In this document: positions 1 to 12,653 of the stretch, one piece after another | Layout of the letters: each line of letters begins with the position of its first letter | How positions within the stretch are numbered: position 1 is the stretch's first letter | Assembly (NCBI GenBank): GCA_905178155.1 | Contig: CAJINV010000021.1 | Coordinates: forward strand, 44,106 to 108,105 | From: Amoebophrya sp. A120 | Lineage: Eukaryota; Protista; Dinoflagellata | Direction of reading: 5' to 3' | Length of the DNA: 64,000 nucleotides | The notes under the pieces: model-generated | The model's input: only the letters and a program-made list of their open reading frames with translations | Databases searched by the model: none | Told to the model about the DNA's origin: nothing | Program-made: the position numbers and the translations under genes

Positions 1-290
1 AAACTAGTACAGAAGCACCACCCGCGACTGGAAGTAGCGGGGCGGGTGAAGCAGCAGAAACTTCTAAAACTAGTACAGAAGCACCACCCGCAACTGGTGG
101 AAGTAGCGGAGCGGGTGAAGCAGCAGAAACTTCTCAAAGTAGTACAGAAGCACCACCAGCAACTGGAAGTAGCGGAGCGGGTGAAGCACCAGCAGAAACT
201 TCTCAAAGTAGTACAGAAGCACCACCAGCAGCAACTGGAAGTAGCGTAGCAGGTGAAGCACCATCAGAAACGCAAAGTAGTGCAGCAGCA
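1..290 (+). repeat. Coding tandem repeat, ~66-72 bp unit, ~4 copies
   Basis: AGTACAGAAGCACCACC...GGAAGTAGCGG.GCGGGTGAAGCA repeated. Confidence 0.9.
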
Positions 291-1352
291 ACTACACCAA
301 TTTCAGCTCCAGACAAAGTGGCGCTACTGCCAAAAGGCAATTCTCGGGGCACAACTACGAACGCGCCGGTTGTTACTAGTACATCACCTGCCCCTCCACC
401 TGCTGCTGCTGCGAGCAATCGTCCTTCGAACGGAGACAAAGAAGTAGACCTCCCAAAGGATTCCAATTCCGTTGGCCGCGAAGATGAGAATGATCCATCA
501 ACGACGCTCGGGCCCCCTTTGCGGCTAGGTGCGCCTGCTTTAGTACAACGCGACGAGGGGGGACTGACAGAAGATGGACTACAGGAACTACACGAAACTG
601 CCAACACCACGCTATCTACTGCAACGTCCGCACAGATCTCCAGTTCCGCCACGAACGACGGTGGTGGAACGTCCGCAGGGGATGTTGAGCAAGCGCGGCC
701 GCGTGGACTGCGGAACCAAGGAAACGGTAACCGAGGCTACCAAGATTCGTGGCGGAACAAGCACAACGATCTTGAGGCCAACATGCACTGCATGCGCACG
801 GGGTTTCTCGCGGTGTCGATTGCTTTGGCGGGCGTGTTGGCGATGCTGGCTATTGCGTGCTTTATTTTCTCCACGGCAGACGACGAAGACGATCATGGTT
901 CGGAACAAAAGGATTACGCTTCGGCAGGCGGAACGCAACGCAGAGTGACTTTTGAAAACCGGTTCGCGTACGACGACGGGAAGAGTAGAGCGGGCGGAGG
1001 TGGTGCTACTTCTTTTAGTAGTGCCGGCGACCTCTATTCGCTTTCCGACGTGCCTCTGCCGACCCCCGGGCAATTTGGCTCGTCGGACTCCCGGGCCTAC
1101 CTGCTGGTTCCGTCCACGGGGAAGTTTGGCGCGTCAGCCGCGCAGGACGCGTCGTACCTGCACAGCTCGGCCGCTGGGTCGTACATGAACTCGGTGGAGG
1201 CTGGGGCGAAAGGTGCTAGCATCTTGAAGGGCACGAACTCGGAGTTCAGCCTACAGCCATCACCTTTGAGCAGTAGTGCTGGTCAACAGCCGGTCGTGCG
1301 GTCGGGAGAGGCTTTAGATAGTAGGGAGTTCTTTGGCGGCGCCGGATTATGA
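1..1352 (+). CDS. Mucin-like Ser/Thr/Pro-rich single-pass membrane protein, 5'-partial
   Basis: Frame 3 is open from the window start through ORF 318..1352. It has about 4 tandem (T/S)STEAPPATGSSGAGEAAETSQ repeats and one hydrophobic helix, GFLAVSIALAGVLAMLAIACFIF. Confidence 0.7.
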   Translation, partial: TSTEAPPATGSSGAGEAAETSKTSTEAPPATGGSSGAGEAAETSQSSTEAPPATGSSGAGEAPAETSQSSTEAPPAATGSSVAGEAPSETQSSAAATTPISAPDKVALLPKGNSRGTTTNAPVVTSTSPAPPPAAAASNRPSNGDKEVDLPKDSNSVGREDENDPSTTLGPPLRLGAPALVQRDEGGLTEDGLQELHETANTTLSTATSAQISSSATNDGGGTSAGDVEQARPRGLRNQGNGNRGYQDSWRNKHNDLEANMHCMRTGFLAVSIALAGVLAMLAIACFIFSTADDEDDHGSEQKDYASAGGTQRRVTFENRFAYDDGKSRAGGGGATSFSSAGDLYSLSDVPLPTPGQFGSSDSRAYLLVPSTGKFGASAAQDASYLHSSAAGSYMNSVEAGAKGASILKGTNSEFSLQPSPLSSSAGQQPVVRSGEALDSREFFGGAGL

Positions 1353-2761
1353 GCCGCAGATGAAGGACTCCATGTTGTCAAGAAGGATTACATCTTTGGA
1401 AACAAGTTCCCTGGAGTGTTTCCTGGAGTTCCATACTAATTGGAAGATTTTCTACTTTCAGTTTCTTGAGAATTATGATAATCATTTTATCAACATGTTT
1501 CGGAAGTAAGAATTCGGTGCTGGAAAAAACTTGTTACTCGGTTACTTTTCTTTCACTCAGCGACGCTTACTTCTAAAAATTTACAAACAGGCAGCTTTTC
1601 AAGTTTTAGACTTTCACCTTGCGCTCAAGTTTCAAGCTCGATAGAAACAAAAGCTTTCACTTTCAACCCTTCAGACCTCTTGTAAGACGGAAACAGTTAA
1701 AAACAGACCTTCCAACTTTTCAAAACAACAATTTTATCAATTGACAACTAATTTTTATCGGTAGGCTTTTTAACTTCTAAGCAGCACTTCCTTTCGGTTT
1801 TTTTCTCAGCAGGCCTAAAGCGGCTCTGGCACACTGTATTTTTCTTCAAATAGCGCTAGAACTACACGAGAGAAGAAAATAATCTCCACCCGGATTCCGT
1901 GTATCCAAAGTCAACAAACAAACAAGAATTCGGTGCTGGCAATGAAGACCTTCTGCCTCAGCAAAGCCTGTTGTTTGTTGAAATATTTCTTTGTTCTGTT
2001 CGACATTTGATGACGTGGTATGGTGTGGCAAAGTCTCAAGCAGATAAGTTCATTGTCGGTTTTTCGCTTGTTCAACTTGGGTTACTACCTGGAATTTACG
2101 GTCCGGCTGCAGAAAAATGTCAATGAGGTCGTCTCTATGAGAAGTTTTTTTCGTTGTTTGTTCTTCGGTGGCTGTTGAGTGGGATATTTGTTTGCCTCGC
2201 ACTTTCACTATGATCTCTGTCGTCTCTATCTCCTCTATCGGTAATGTGAAAAATCGGTTGCGCGAGGAGGATGAAATCTCGACCATCTTCTGTCTCTGCT
2301 AGAACACCCATCGGAACTCGCCTGAAGCGTGTTTTTTTTACTCAGAAGATGTGAAGCAATAGGACCTGGTTCTTCTCTTGTAATTTTTCGTGAAGTTGTC
2401 TGCGCCGCTCCCTTTTTTATCGAAAGCGCCATGAGTTTTTCTCCTTTTGTTTTGATGCGATAGCACATGTTCAACATCACACCCGAGTATCGGTTTTTCA
2501 TGAGTTTTTTTCTGTTTCACCAGCACCATGCCAATACGGGAGCTGTACATGCTAGAGCTAGGTTGATATAAAAGTACAAAAGTTCTTTCCGGATTCAGTG
2601 TGACGAAAGTCGCTTACGATTACGTTCACCTGCTTAATGGAAAAGCTTCATCTGTGAAGTAGAATGCATTCGTGATCGTGGCAGCTGCAGACAGGGAGTA
2701 CAGTTAAAATATTGAAAATAGCACACGCACAACAGAAGGCTACGAAACCGAAACCAGTAGC

Positions 2762-4459
2762 ATGCCCACGTCAACTGCGCCCACAGTTTCTTACACCGGC
2801 CATGCCGGGCCGGTTGCTGCGGAGTTGCGGAAGTCTGTCGCAACGATGGATGAGGATCACTTGCACCAGTCCGAGCTGATGGAGCTGCTGCAGCTCGAGG
2901 CCCTCGCGGGGTTTCTGGACTTGTTTCCCTCCTCGGACTTCGCCGGGTTTTGCCCGGTCGAGAAAGTAGCGGAAGCCGCGTTGAGTCAGTGCGGAAGAAG
3001 CAAGACCACAAACCAGAAACTTTCCATCGCGGTTGCGGACGTGTTTGCCATGCTGGAGGAGTGGGAAAATGATAATACGACGGAGCAGCTGCGGCCACAA
3101 GCGGAAAAGATGCTACTTTTAAACCTTTTGAAGCTGAAGGTCGAGCGCACACTCGGGGCTGTTGTTAGCGGACGAAATAAGGTCGGACGATCAACTACAG
3201 GAGATGAGCTGCAAGTGTCATCTACTGCTTCTACTTCTTCCAGAACGAAGCCCGCTGGTCGTGCACCAGTTGGAATATCATGTAGGGAAAATAAAATATC
3301 AAAACCCGCCCTCCAAACGACCAGCTCCACGGATCGGCTTCTGGCTTCCAACGCAGCGCGGCTGGCCCGGCTGGAGCTGCGCGTAAGGGAGCAGCATTTG
3401 TTGAGCAGCACGGGCAGCCAGGAGAAGACGCCGAGTGGACGACGAATTGCCCAACAAGAAATATTAAAGAGCACCAATTCATCTTCAACCTCGACAACTT
3501 CCGGCAACTACGTTTTTCCGCTAGTACAAGCAGAGGTGATCCGGCATGCCACGTTGATTGAACAGGAAAAACTCTCCTCGACAACCACAATCGCCAAAAA
3601 TCCGTCTTGCGATCAAGATCCGAAACCTGAGGAGGACCTTGACAGCTCGTCGAAACCTCGTCATCTAGTTGGCCGGTCCGTGAGTAGCTGTTGTACTTCT
3701 AGCGGCATATCGTCCACCGGCAATAAAGCTGCATTTGCAAAGGCTGAGCCGATCGTTCCGCCGCTGCACGGCTTAGCGAGTGCGACCGGATCGTTTGCGT
3801 CTGCTGCGCCCTGCGGGCTTCACGACGGACAGGTGTCCACCCCGCCACTCCCGCCCAGTGCGGAGCGGAGCCAATCGCTCGAAGTAAACAACAACGAAAA
3901 TGATAATTGTCTTTGTGTCAAAAATACCTCCGCCGAAGATCATCATGCATCGGTCCGTCCGCGCACGGTGCGGAAGCAGGGGCGGGTGCGGTGCGTGGCG
4001 GTACCCTCTTCGCAGTTCGGGATCGCCATGCAGGAATTGCCCACCAAAGCGACAGACGCGTTCCAGAAAGCCCGAGAGCACTTGGCGAAGGTAGAAGTTT
4101 TTGTCTCATGACAACCTTTTTTTTAGATTCGCTCGCGTGGTCACACTTCGAAGTACTAAGTGCCGAACGGTCAGAACACAGACGGTGCTACATACCTGCT
4201 ATAGTGACAAGAAAGACAAGGACTGAACCCTTAGGTGCAAAACTTCGCGTACGCACCCCGTGCCCGGAGTGTGATCCGGGATCCGCAGTACACAAAACGG
4301 GCGGACTCCCCCACGTTGGACAGCATCAAGCAGCGAAACCGCGAGCTGATCCGGGCAACTTCCCCGTTTTCGACCAGCATGACGGTGATGCGAAGCAAGT
4401 CCGTCACAGCCTTGCAGCCGATACGCAAAGGAAGAATGATCATGTTGAAAAAGATCTGA
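2762..4459 (+). CDS. Hypothetical protein; join(2762..4090,4235..4459)
   Basis: 449-aa ORF. A phase-0 GT-AG intron at 4091..4234 (AAG|GTAGAA...TTAG|GTG) joins it to ORF 4235..4459. No recognisable domain. Confidence 0.5.
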
Positions 4460-4829
4460 TGTCCGCACTGTTGTGGCTGGCCTTACGTTAGAAGTGGATA
4501 CAACTTTGAACAAGGCCGCAAAATTTACGCATGAGCAACACTGTGATGTTTAGGTTTTTGCATCAGACGAAGATCGACGGTTTGAAAAAACCCGCCAGGG
4601 TGGAGATGAAAGGACCTACATCAGCTTTCTTCACTTCAATAAGACAAAGTCGACGTTGGGAGAGGACCCTTTGCGCGTCATCCTTCTGTGGTTCAGGGAC
4701 GGGTTTCTGGGTATATTTATGAGATTTTTTTGAATACTTTTTGCGGGCGGAAGAAACTGAATAGAGGTGAAGATCTCTCGGGTGTCAAGTCACGGCTTGT
4801 AACCACTCGCGCATGAGAAGTTCATTCGG

Positions 4830-5390
4830 ATGAAGAAAAAAATCTCCACTAGCAACACGTTCGTCTCCAGTGTTGCCCCCGGCTCCGCGACCTCCTGTGC
4901 GGCACCGACAAATCCCTGGCACCAACTCCTCGTTCCCAGCGCCAACGATCCGGCTAGTACGGCAAAGCCCTTCACCCCGATTCTCGGCAAGCGCGCCGCG
5001 CTGGCGGAGCGGGCCTGGTTGCTGCGCCAGCAAACGAGCGGCACGCAGTCGGTGTTTTTTCCCTCGTCCCGCCCGCCACCGCCGGTTGTGGCCCGGATCT
5101 CCGCCACGGTACTCCAGCAAAATCCCCGTGGCAACCAGCAATCACCGGCAGGATTCGCGTTCCAACAGTGTCGCAGCGTAGGGGTGCCGCAACAGGGTGT
5201 CAATACGTTTTCCAAGCCTGTGATGGCAGGAACCTACCAGCAACAGAATGTTCCGGACTTGACTAAAGATACGGCAGCTTCGTCGGGCGATGAGACGAAG
5301 CAGGGGGACGACTTGGAGGAGGTGCAAAGGATGTTGCTGCGACAGCAAAGTGGTCCCGTGGGAATTTTGATGACTCCGCAGTATCAATAG
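4830..5390 (+). CDS. Hypothetical protein or further exon of the upstream gene
   Basis: 186-aa ORF with composition similar to neighbouring genes; no motif. Confidence 0.3.
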   Translation: MKKKISTSNTFVSSVAPGSATSCAAPTNPWHQLLVPSANDPASTAKPFTPILGKRAALAERAWLLRQQTSGTQSVFFPSSRPPPPVVARISATVLQQNPRGNQQSPAGFAFQQCRSVGVPQQGVNTFSKPVMAGTYQQQNVPDLTKDTAASSGDETKQGDDLEEVQRMLLRQQSGPVGILMTPQYQ

Positions 5391-6375
5391 GGGCGCGGTA
5401 GGTCGTGACGAGAGAGTGTAGTTGGAACAATGAAGTAGAACAGGGGAATATGATAGCTTGTTGCAGATGAAACAACTCACAGTAGAAACACGAGCGCGAA
5501 CAATGCGCGTCCCCGTGGTCCTCCTCCTCGTTGCTGTCGTCTAAATGTGATGCTATCAACTACAGCGAGAAGTTCGCTAATAGGGGTGATGTCATGTACT
5601 TAAAAGGTATGGTTGTGTTCTGTTTCTAGAAGCAGATGGTGCAACATTTCTGAAGTGTCTAACGATCCTGCTAAAGCTTTTTGTACATACTTTTACGTAT
5701 TGAATGGCAATACATACCCTTGTTTTGACCACAAGTTCGAGAACATTCCACAGTTCGTTGCCTGGGAAAGCTGAGCATCAACATTTTCAACTGTATACAC
5801 TTTTTGTGCCCCCATAATGCGTGTACGTGTAGAGTTGTCCATCATGAACAGAAAAACGTGTACTACATAATTAAAACAAAAAGTAGCTCTCCTGTCTTTC
5901 CACGTGAGTTGAGGCGGCGAAATCCCCTCGCTGGGCGAAGTGTTGGAGAATGATCTCCAGTAGTTCTTCTTCCACCCGTTCAACTTGCAATTGAGCTGGA
6001 ACTTCGTGGTGCCTAATCCGGATAAACCAGTTTCCCACTGCGTTCTTCTTGCTTTTTCTTTTGAAGTCAGGACAAGTGTGAATCCAAAAAGTACGGAGTT
6101 TGATTGAGACAAGGGTCTGAGACGAGTGAGTACACGCTACGGCCAATGAGGCGACTTCAGCACGATGGGTTCTTGAGTGCTGGAGACATTCTGTGTGACT
6201 TTCTCATTTGGCGTATGTTCAGGGCATGGAGGATGAAGTGAACCATTTTCCGCTTGCAAGGGGATGGCTGGATTGATTGCACACTGGTGAACTATCACTG
6301 GGGTTATGTTGTCAATCTTGTTTATGTTTTGTATTCGGTTTCGGTGACAGTAACAGCATAACTATAATGGATAAG

Positions 6376-6943
6376 CTCAAACATGACGCACGCCATCAAC
6401 AGGATCGCGACGGCGTGGCGGCTCTGCGCCTGGGCGCGTGCGTTGTGTATTGCAATGCCACGGCGAACCATTTGGGGCCGTGCAGCTGCAGTTCCGAGCA
6501 TCTGGGGAGTTTCCTGATCGACGGGCTGGCCTTCCCGGAGTCCTGCGAAGTCGGGCCGCCCCCGCCCCATTGTGCGCAAAAGCATAACGGGGCGCAGGTC
6601 GGCCGGCCCCGTCTGCTATTGATCACCGGCGCGGCGGAAGGTTTGCGCGCCGCCGCCAAAGGCTGTGGGCCGCGGGGCGCGGGGGGATGCCCCTCTTGTG
6701 GCGCGCCCCCCCCCCCCGCCGGCCCCGTTGGGCGGCGCCCCCTTGCCTGTTTTGCCCGTTGGCGGGTTGATAGGCTGCCCGCGCCACTGTCAGCGTGCCG
6801 CAAGGCTGCGCGCGCCCGCCACTGAGCTCGGGCCGCGCGCCCCCTTCCTGCCTTTTGCCTGCGAAGGCCAGCAGAAGGAGCGCGCCCTTCCTTTGCCAGG
6901 GCGCACGCACGCCAACTGGCTGCCCGTGTCCGTCGTTTTGAGT
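6376..6943. repeat. GC-rich intergenic segment, probable transposon remnant
   Basis: Abrupt very-high-GC core with weak inverted ends (CTCAAACATGACG / CGTCGTTTTGAG); no clear TSD. Confidence 0.3.
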
Positions 6944-7764
6944 TGGTTTCAAATCGATTGTGAAGATTCTTTATCAGCAGGCCCTACTTTTGGGTGGAAG
7001 GTGGAGTGTTCCGTTCGTAGTGATCCCCGTTCGAAACAGCAAACATTGCGCTGTTGGATGATGAGACAGGTGCGATCGCGCATGACTACGCGCATTGTGA
7101 TCATGGTGATCCTGACTAATAATCCATATTGCACATGAAACCAGCAGCCGCACCGGAGAAGCGCTACTGGAATCGATGGATGACTATCTGCTCTTTTTGA
7201 AGAGCGCCGCAATTATTTTACTCGACGAAGATCAATGCGAAGATCAAGATCTAGAGACTCATACTAAGGCATCATGTTCCCCCACAGAAGATTGATGATA
7301 AGTAAATACGTGAATTCTTGCTTTAATGTGTAAAGTAATTAGCAATGTGGCGTCCGTTCAGTATCAGTTCCGAATTACGACGTCCGCGGCCCAGTAAGTC
7401 AAAAGGTTTGTCGAGTCATCAGGCGAGTCACTTAATTTCGAGTTTATCTTTTGTACACACAACTAAGGACGCAAGATTTTTACGCGAGAAAAATTACGAA
7501 GCCTTTTTTCCCTTCGCAAGTTCACGCTTGTTTTCGTACTCTGCTAGACCACCGTTTCGAACAAGTGAAGAAAATAAGGACAAAATCCTGACGGCGCACA
7601 ACCGCAACAGCCCTCATGCCTTTGTTCCTGCTCGTTCTTTTGTTGGAGTAGCGGTCGAACGAAACTCGTCTCAGCGACGCCAGCGCGGAGGTTTAAGTGA
7701 AGGGAGAAGGAACTTTTTATCTCATTGCCCTTACGCGCGTCCGGGTCCGCGGCGCAATTTCACC

Positions 7765-8017
7765 TACGAATTGCAAATATGTTTGGGTCTGAAAGATTGC
7801 CACATTTGTCATGCTTGTCTGACATGACTCGGAACTCTGTCATGCGTAGGTGCAAAAAGATCGATTTGTCTGTGATGCAAAAGCGCAGTATGCCATGCGG
7901 AATACGCTACACATAGCAGCTCAAAAACTTGTCATGCTTGGCCACGTATGACAGTGCGCCCAGTATTCCCTGGTTTGCATCACAAGTTTCCAGACCCAGA
8001 CATTTTTGCATTTGATA
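7765..8017. mobile_element. Introner family A (TIR TATCAAATGCAAAAATGTCTGGGTCTGG)
   Basis: TIRs, left one degenerate; TSD TCACC/TCACC; lies just before the duplicated HIT start. Confidence 0.85.
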
Positions 8018-9035
8018 TCACCACCATGCCGACGATTTTTGACAAGATTCTGGATAAGGAGATTCTTTCTTTGGTTGCTTTGCAACTTCACCCTTCGCGT
8101 CAGCGAGGTGTGGGCAGAGCGACGTATATTGGTACTTGGGCTTACCGTCGCCTTGTGTTGATGCCTGCGGCGCTGTTTTTGTTTTTGTAAGCCTCCATGT
8201 CTTGCTTTCTGTGATCTATCGGTCGCAGGTAGTTGCAATGCAAATAGAACTGAGTCAGTCCTACGCATAACTTGTGTTTCGGGCAAGCGCACACGTATTG
8301 TACTTATTTTCATGCAAGGGCTAGGGCAGGACATTACCATTAGCGCGTTTTTTGATGGAGCTCGTCCTGCTTCTTACTTTCCGAGGTTTTGTGCGTCATT
8401 CGCTTTTATTTGAGATCACGTCTACTTGTCGGAAGATCGCAAAAAAAGACAAAAGTTTTCGTCGATCAAGAGACTCGTTGCCCTGGTGTGCTCCACGTGC
8501 CGAGAACAACTGGGAGCCCAGATCTAGCTTCGATCAATATTTTCGCGATTGGAAATGCTCATAATTTCATTTTCGTTATATTGGAAAACGAAAAGCCTCT
8601 AGTGAAGTAGAAGTTGTACAGATATGCCCAAGCCAGTGCTTCACAATCGCTCGAGTCATCTTCTGCAGGCGGCCTCACTAGGCAAAGGTGTCGAGAGTAG
8701 TAGCATCAAGAAATATTTGAGCTGTGTTTCATCTCTTCCTTCTATTGATAAAGCAGCGATTGCCCTGCCTGCAGTTGTTGTGGAAAAACGCTTTGGCGCA
8801 TTTCTTTATTTGCCTCGCGCAGCCAGCAGCTTGGCCACCATACATACCTGCGTACATGGGTTGCCAGCACCGGTGCAACTCCTGGAGCGGCAAGAAACCA
8901 CAGCGCGAGGGACTGTATTTAGGTTTCCTCGTTGTATTTTTGTAAATACAGCGAAACAGCACACGATCACGACGCGCAGCCGCTTTTTCACCACCATGCC
9001 GACGATTTTTGACAAGATTCTGGATAAGGAGATTC
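8018..9035 (+). repeat. 48-bp direct repeat (8018..8065 = 8988..9035) containing the HIT start codon
   Basis: TCACCACCATGCCGACGATTTTTGACAAGATTCTGGATAAGGAGATTC occurs twice, 970 bp apart. Confidence 0.95.
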
Positions 9036-9606
9036 CTTCCGAGAAGGTGTACGAGGACGACCAAGTTTACGCCTTCAAGGACATCAGCCCGGTATGGAAT
9101 ATACGTTGATTTTTTGTCATCTCATCAGTCGTGGCCACTCAGCATACGGATGAGCATGTGCATGATCTTTTTCCTGTATTACTCCGTGACGCAGGAGCAG
9201 GTAGTTGTGGGTATATTAGTTGAACGAACCCTGTGTTAGTGTTTGGCTGTGCAACATGGATCACAAACGAATCCAACACAAATTCCAATTATTATCCTCG
9301 ATTTGGAGCTGCATCAACCATTATCTACTTCTGCGAAGTAGAATCCCCTCACCACCACAGCAAGCGCCGGTGCATGTGCTCGTGATCCCAAAAGTGCGGG
9401 ATATTCCGCGCATCTCGGAAGCCCGCGAAGACCACAAAGCCGTACTTGGTCATCTATTCTACGTGGCAGGAAAGATCGGGCGAGAGCTCTGTGGGGAGAA
9501 GGGGTTCCGGATCGCGGTCAACGACGGAGACAACGGCGGACAAACGGTGTATCATTTGCACCTGCACGTGCTGGGCAACCGGCCCATGACCTGGCCGCCA
9601 GGGTGA
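8996..9606 (+). CDS. HINT: Histidine triad nucleotide-binding protein (HINT family); join(8996..9091,9361..9606), 113 aa
   Basis: MPTIFDKILDKEIPSEKVYEDD..AFKDISP|QAPVHVLVIPK...GQTVYHLHLHVLGNRPMTWPPG; HxHxH triad; canonical intron 9092..9360. Confidence 0.95.
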
Positions 9607-10112
9607 GAAGGAAAACGGAGTTGCGCAGGATGAAGATTTCTTTCAACATTAATGAGAACGAAAGAATATTAGATTTGATTTTCATTCCCACGAGGAAGAT
9701 CGCAATGTCACTGAAGACCAAAATGGGAGCACCAGATGCTGGAATTTTGCGCGAAAAAAATGTCATGTCAGTATTCTCTGGGTTGTCTCCGGCGTGCTCC
9801 TTCATCATTCTTGACAGCTCATAGTGCAGCCGCAGTGCGTTCATCCTGCTTAGTTTCCGAAGCCGCACGAGTTTCGAAACTTATCGGACGGCGGCTTTAA
9901 TGTCCAAATAATAATAAATCTGTGTTTGCTTATTTTTGCAAGATTCAGCTCTACCGAGGGGAAGACTGTTTGTTTTTGTTTTCTGCGGAGCTTTCTGAAG
10001 CAGCAGGAGAGAGCATGAGTGTGTCGCGAGCTTATGAAAAAATTGGGGTGTGAAAATATTATTTAACATCGTGTTGAACTTCAGCATAGAGAACATCTTC
10101 TAGAAAGACAAA

Positions 10113-12653
10113 ATGGCACCCATTCTCTCTCCTCAGACGCCTCATGGTTTTTGCTCTGTTGCATTGCTTTTGCGCGGTGTTTTGCTCTTGCTTCCGAGGA
10201 CAGTCCTTGCAGAAGCCGTGATCGCGGTGCCCGAGAAAGAGGAGCTACACAGAGCAAACCAGGCAGCTCCTCCTGCAGTGCGACCCGGAGGAATTTCGGT
10301 GGGCGATGCGCGGGAATTTTTCCAGACGGATTTGAAATCCCTCGTCTCTTTTCGCGTTTTACCGAAGCCAGGACGATCTTCTCCTTCTCAAGTTGTACGC
10401 ACTTCAGAGCGGGGGCCTGAGGAGCCACAAGAAGACGATGATGTCGTGAAACGTGGCTTGAGGAAGAAGGTGGAAATCCTCGATTTCTACCCGATTCGCA
10501 GCGACAAGCAGTTCAACGACACTTTGGATTTTGCGGCAAAACTGATTTACTTCGAAAACCGCTATGGCGGCGTGACCGGGGTCTTGCGAACCGATGTGGA
10601 AGATGAGGACCTGCGGCTGGTGAAAAACGACCAGGGAGGCGACCGCATGTCTCGCAGTCTGACTCTAACCTTGAACCTACGCTGAGTAAAAACCGGTACC
10701 CATAAAAGTACCCCATAATTTTGATTGAACTAGATCTAGTGGTGCCATCCATGTGCTGCAGGAGGGGTCTGCTGTGGCATTTTTGCATGAGCGGCGTTCT
10801 ACTCTGGTGGTGTTTGAGACGACGATGAACTTCTTGTCGTGTCTCCTAAGTAAGCAGGTGTCAAGATTCGACAATAGTACCTGAGTATACATATCATAAG
10901 ACTGGGCTAAATGCTTGGCACCAGAAACTTGTGGATTTGCATTTGTCTTCAGGCAATACTCCCACTTGAACGTTGGGTCCGGTACGTAGTTTTTACTCAG
11001 GATAGAACCCGCACGCCTGGTTTTCGCACAGCTACGCGTTCGGCTACACGGTGCATTTGCAGCGCTGGGTCAGACGGTGGGTGGCAACGGCAGTGAAGGC
11101 CTATAAGGTAGACAACTTGAAAAGTGCCGGCGCCGAGGACAGCAGCACGGAGACCAGAAGCTCTTCACGAAGGAGCACAACGAGCTCGACTCAGTCGAAG
11201 ACGCAAGAACGAGAAGCAATGAAAGCGTTTCTGCATGATCACAAAGACGCGATGTCTTTCGCGATGGCCGAAGTGGGGATACTGTCCGGAACCGGGCTAG
11301 CTTTGTGGCACACAGTGTGGAACGAAATGCTGCTGCCCAAGCTGGAGGAAGGAATTCTCGCGGAATCTGAAAAGTCCGTTTCAATATCGAACGACGGCGC
11401 AGAGGTTCTTGAGGCCACGACTGGAAGTGAAAGCGAAGAAGCAACGACAGTGGTAGCAGATGTTCAACAAGTAGTCCGTGCAGATGATGCAGTACAACTG
11501 CAAGAAGCAGAAACCCCCTCAAATAAGAACTCAAACAATTTCCAGCTTTTCGGGTTCGACCTCGACCCCACCGTGTATGCGCAGAACGCAGCAAATTTGG
11601 TGCAACGGGGCGCTTTTCAGCTTGGAGAGGGATTGCGGACGCAACTGCAGAAGCCTACCGGTACAAAAGCGCAACAGGGAAAAGACCAGGACCATTCTGT
11701 CTCTAGCAGTGCGGGAAGAGGTGAAAGTCAGTCTGGTGTTCATCCAGCACCATCTACCAGTAGCGCGAGGACCTCCACGCAGTTTTTGATATTGCCCTAC
11801 GTGTACAAGTTTGTGCAGGGCCTCTCAGTCTGGTTGAACCGGCAGCGGGTGCGGAATTCTATTCGGCACGCAAAAATGAGTGTGAAGAGCAGGATGTTGC
11901 TGAACAAAAGCGGTGCTGGACAAAACTATCGGGAAGATGATGGTGCTACTTTTCCTCCTTCCAACCTCGGAGGAACCTCCAGCATGGTCAGAACGACTGC
12001 ACCGACGGCAATATCTTCCGCACCAGACCCGATAAATTTCTTCGACATGAAGAACATAGACGCGCCCTTTGATGGGGACGGAGGTACGTCGGCGACTGAC
12101 GGATCTCCACTTGAAGGTGCCGGACCGGGTCGGGCGGGCGCTGTGGCTACCTCCATTGACGTTGAGCCGGAAGTCGAAGCACAGGATAAAGAGCCAAGGG
12201 TACAGAACAAGGAACGCGTATCAGCGAGCCCTGCTGCCCGTCCACAACTATCAGCAAATACTACTTTCCACTTGCTGATCGACGACGCGTACCATTCGGA
12301 CGAATCGATACTGCACACGTTTGAAGTTTTCCACCCCTTCTTGCAGCGCCCGTGGACGTTCTTCATCGAAGACAACTGTGGGGCGGTCTACCCGCTGGCC
12401 GATCGCCTTTTCGACAAAGCGCGGCCCTACGACGGCCAGGATACCGTGGAGCTGTTTTATCCTCGGAAAGACACTTATTCGTGAATGCTGTAGAAGTCCT
12501 GAGCAGCTCAACTTCCGACTTGACTGGGAACAAGTTCTTGGCTTGCGGCGTTTGCATTTTACGAAGTGTGTTTCCTGGGATAGATATGACACGAGAAGCG
12601 CAATGAAAACAGCTGCCCGGAACGACGATGCATGGAAAGTGCGTTGTTCATGA
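10113..12653 (+). CDS. Signal-anchored class I SAM-dependent methyltransferase-like protein
   Basis: Removing element 10678..11004 plus TSD fuses ORFs 10113 and 11051 (LTLNPHAWFSHSYAFGY). Motifs EVGILSGTGLALW, FGFDLDP, LLIDDAYH...FIED. The C-terminus depends on element 12458..12582 (stop at 12653 under the +5 rule). Confidence 0.7.
10678..11004. mobile_element. Introner family B (TIR TATCCTGAGTAAAAAC)
   Basis: TACGCTGAGTAAAAAC...GTTTTTACTCAGGATA; TSD GAACC/GAACC; in-frame join. Confidence 0.9.
12458..12582. mobile_element. Short degenerate introner
   Basis: TATCCTCGGAAAGACAC...GTGTGTTTCCTGGGATA; TSD not recognisable. Confidence 0.55.
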
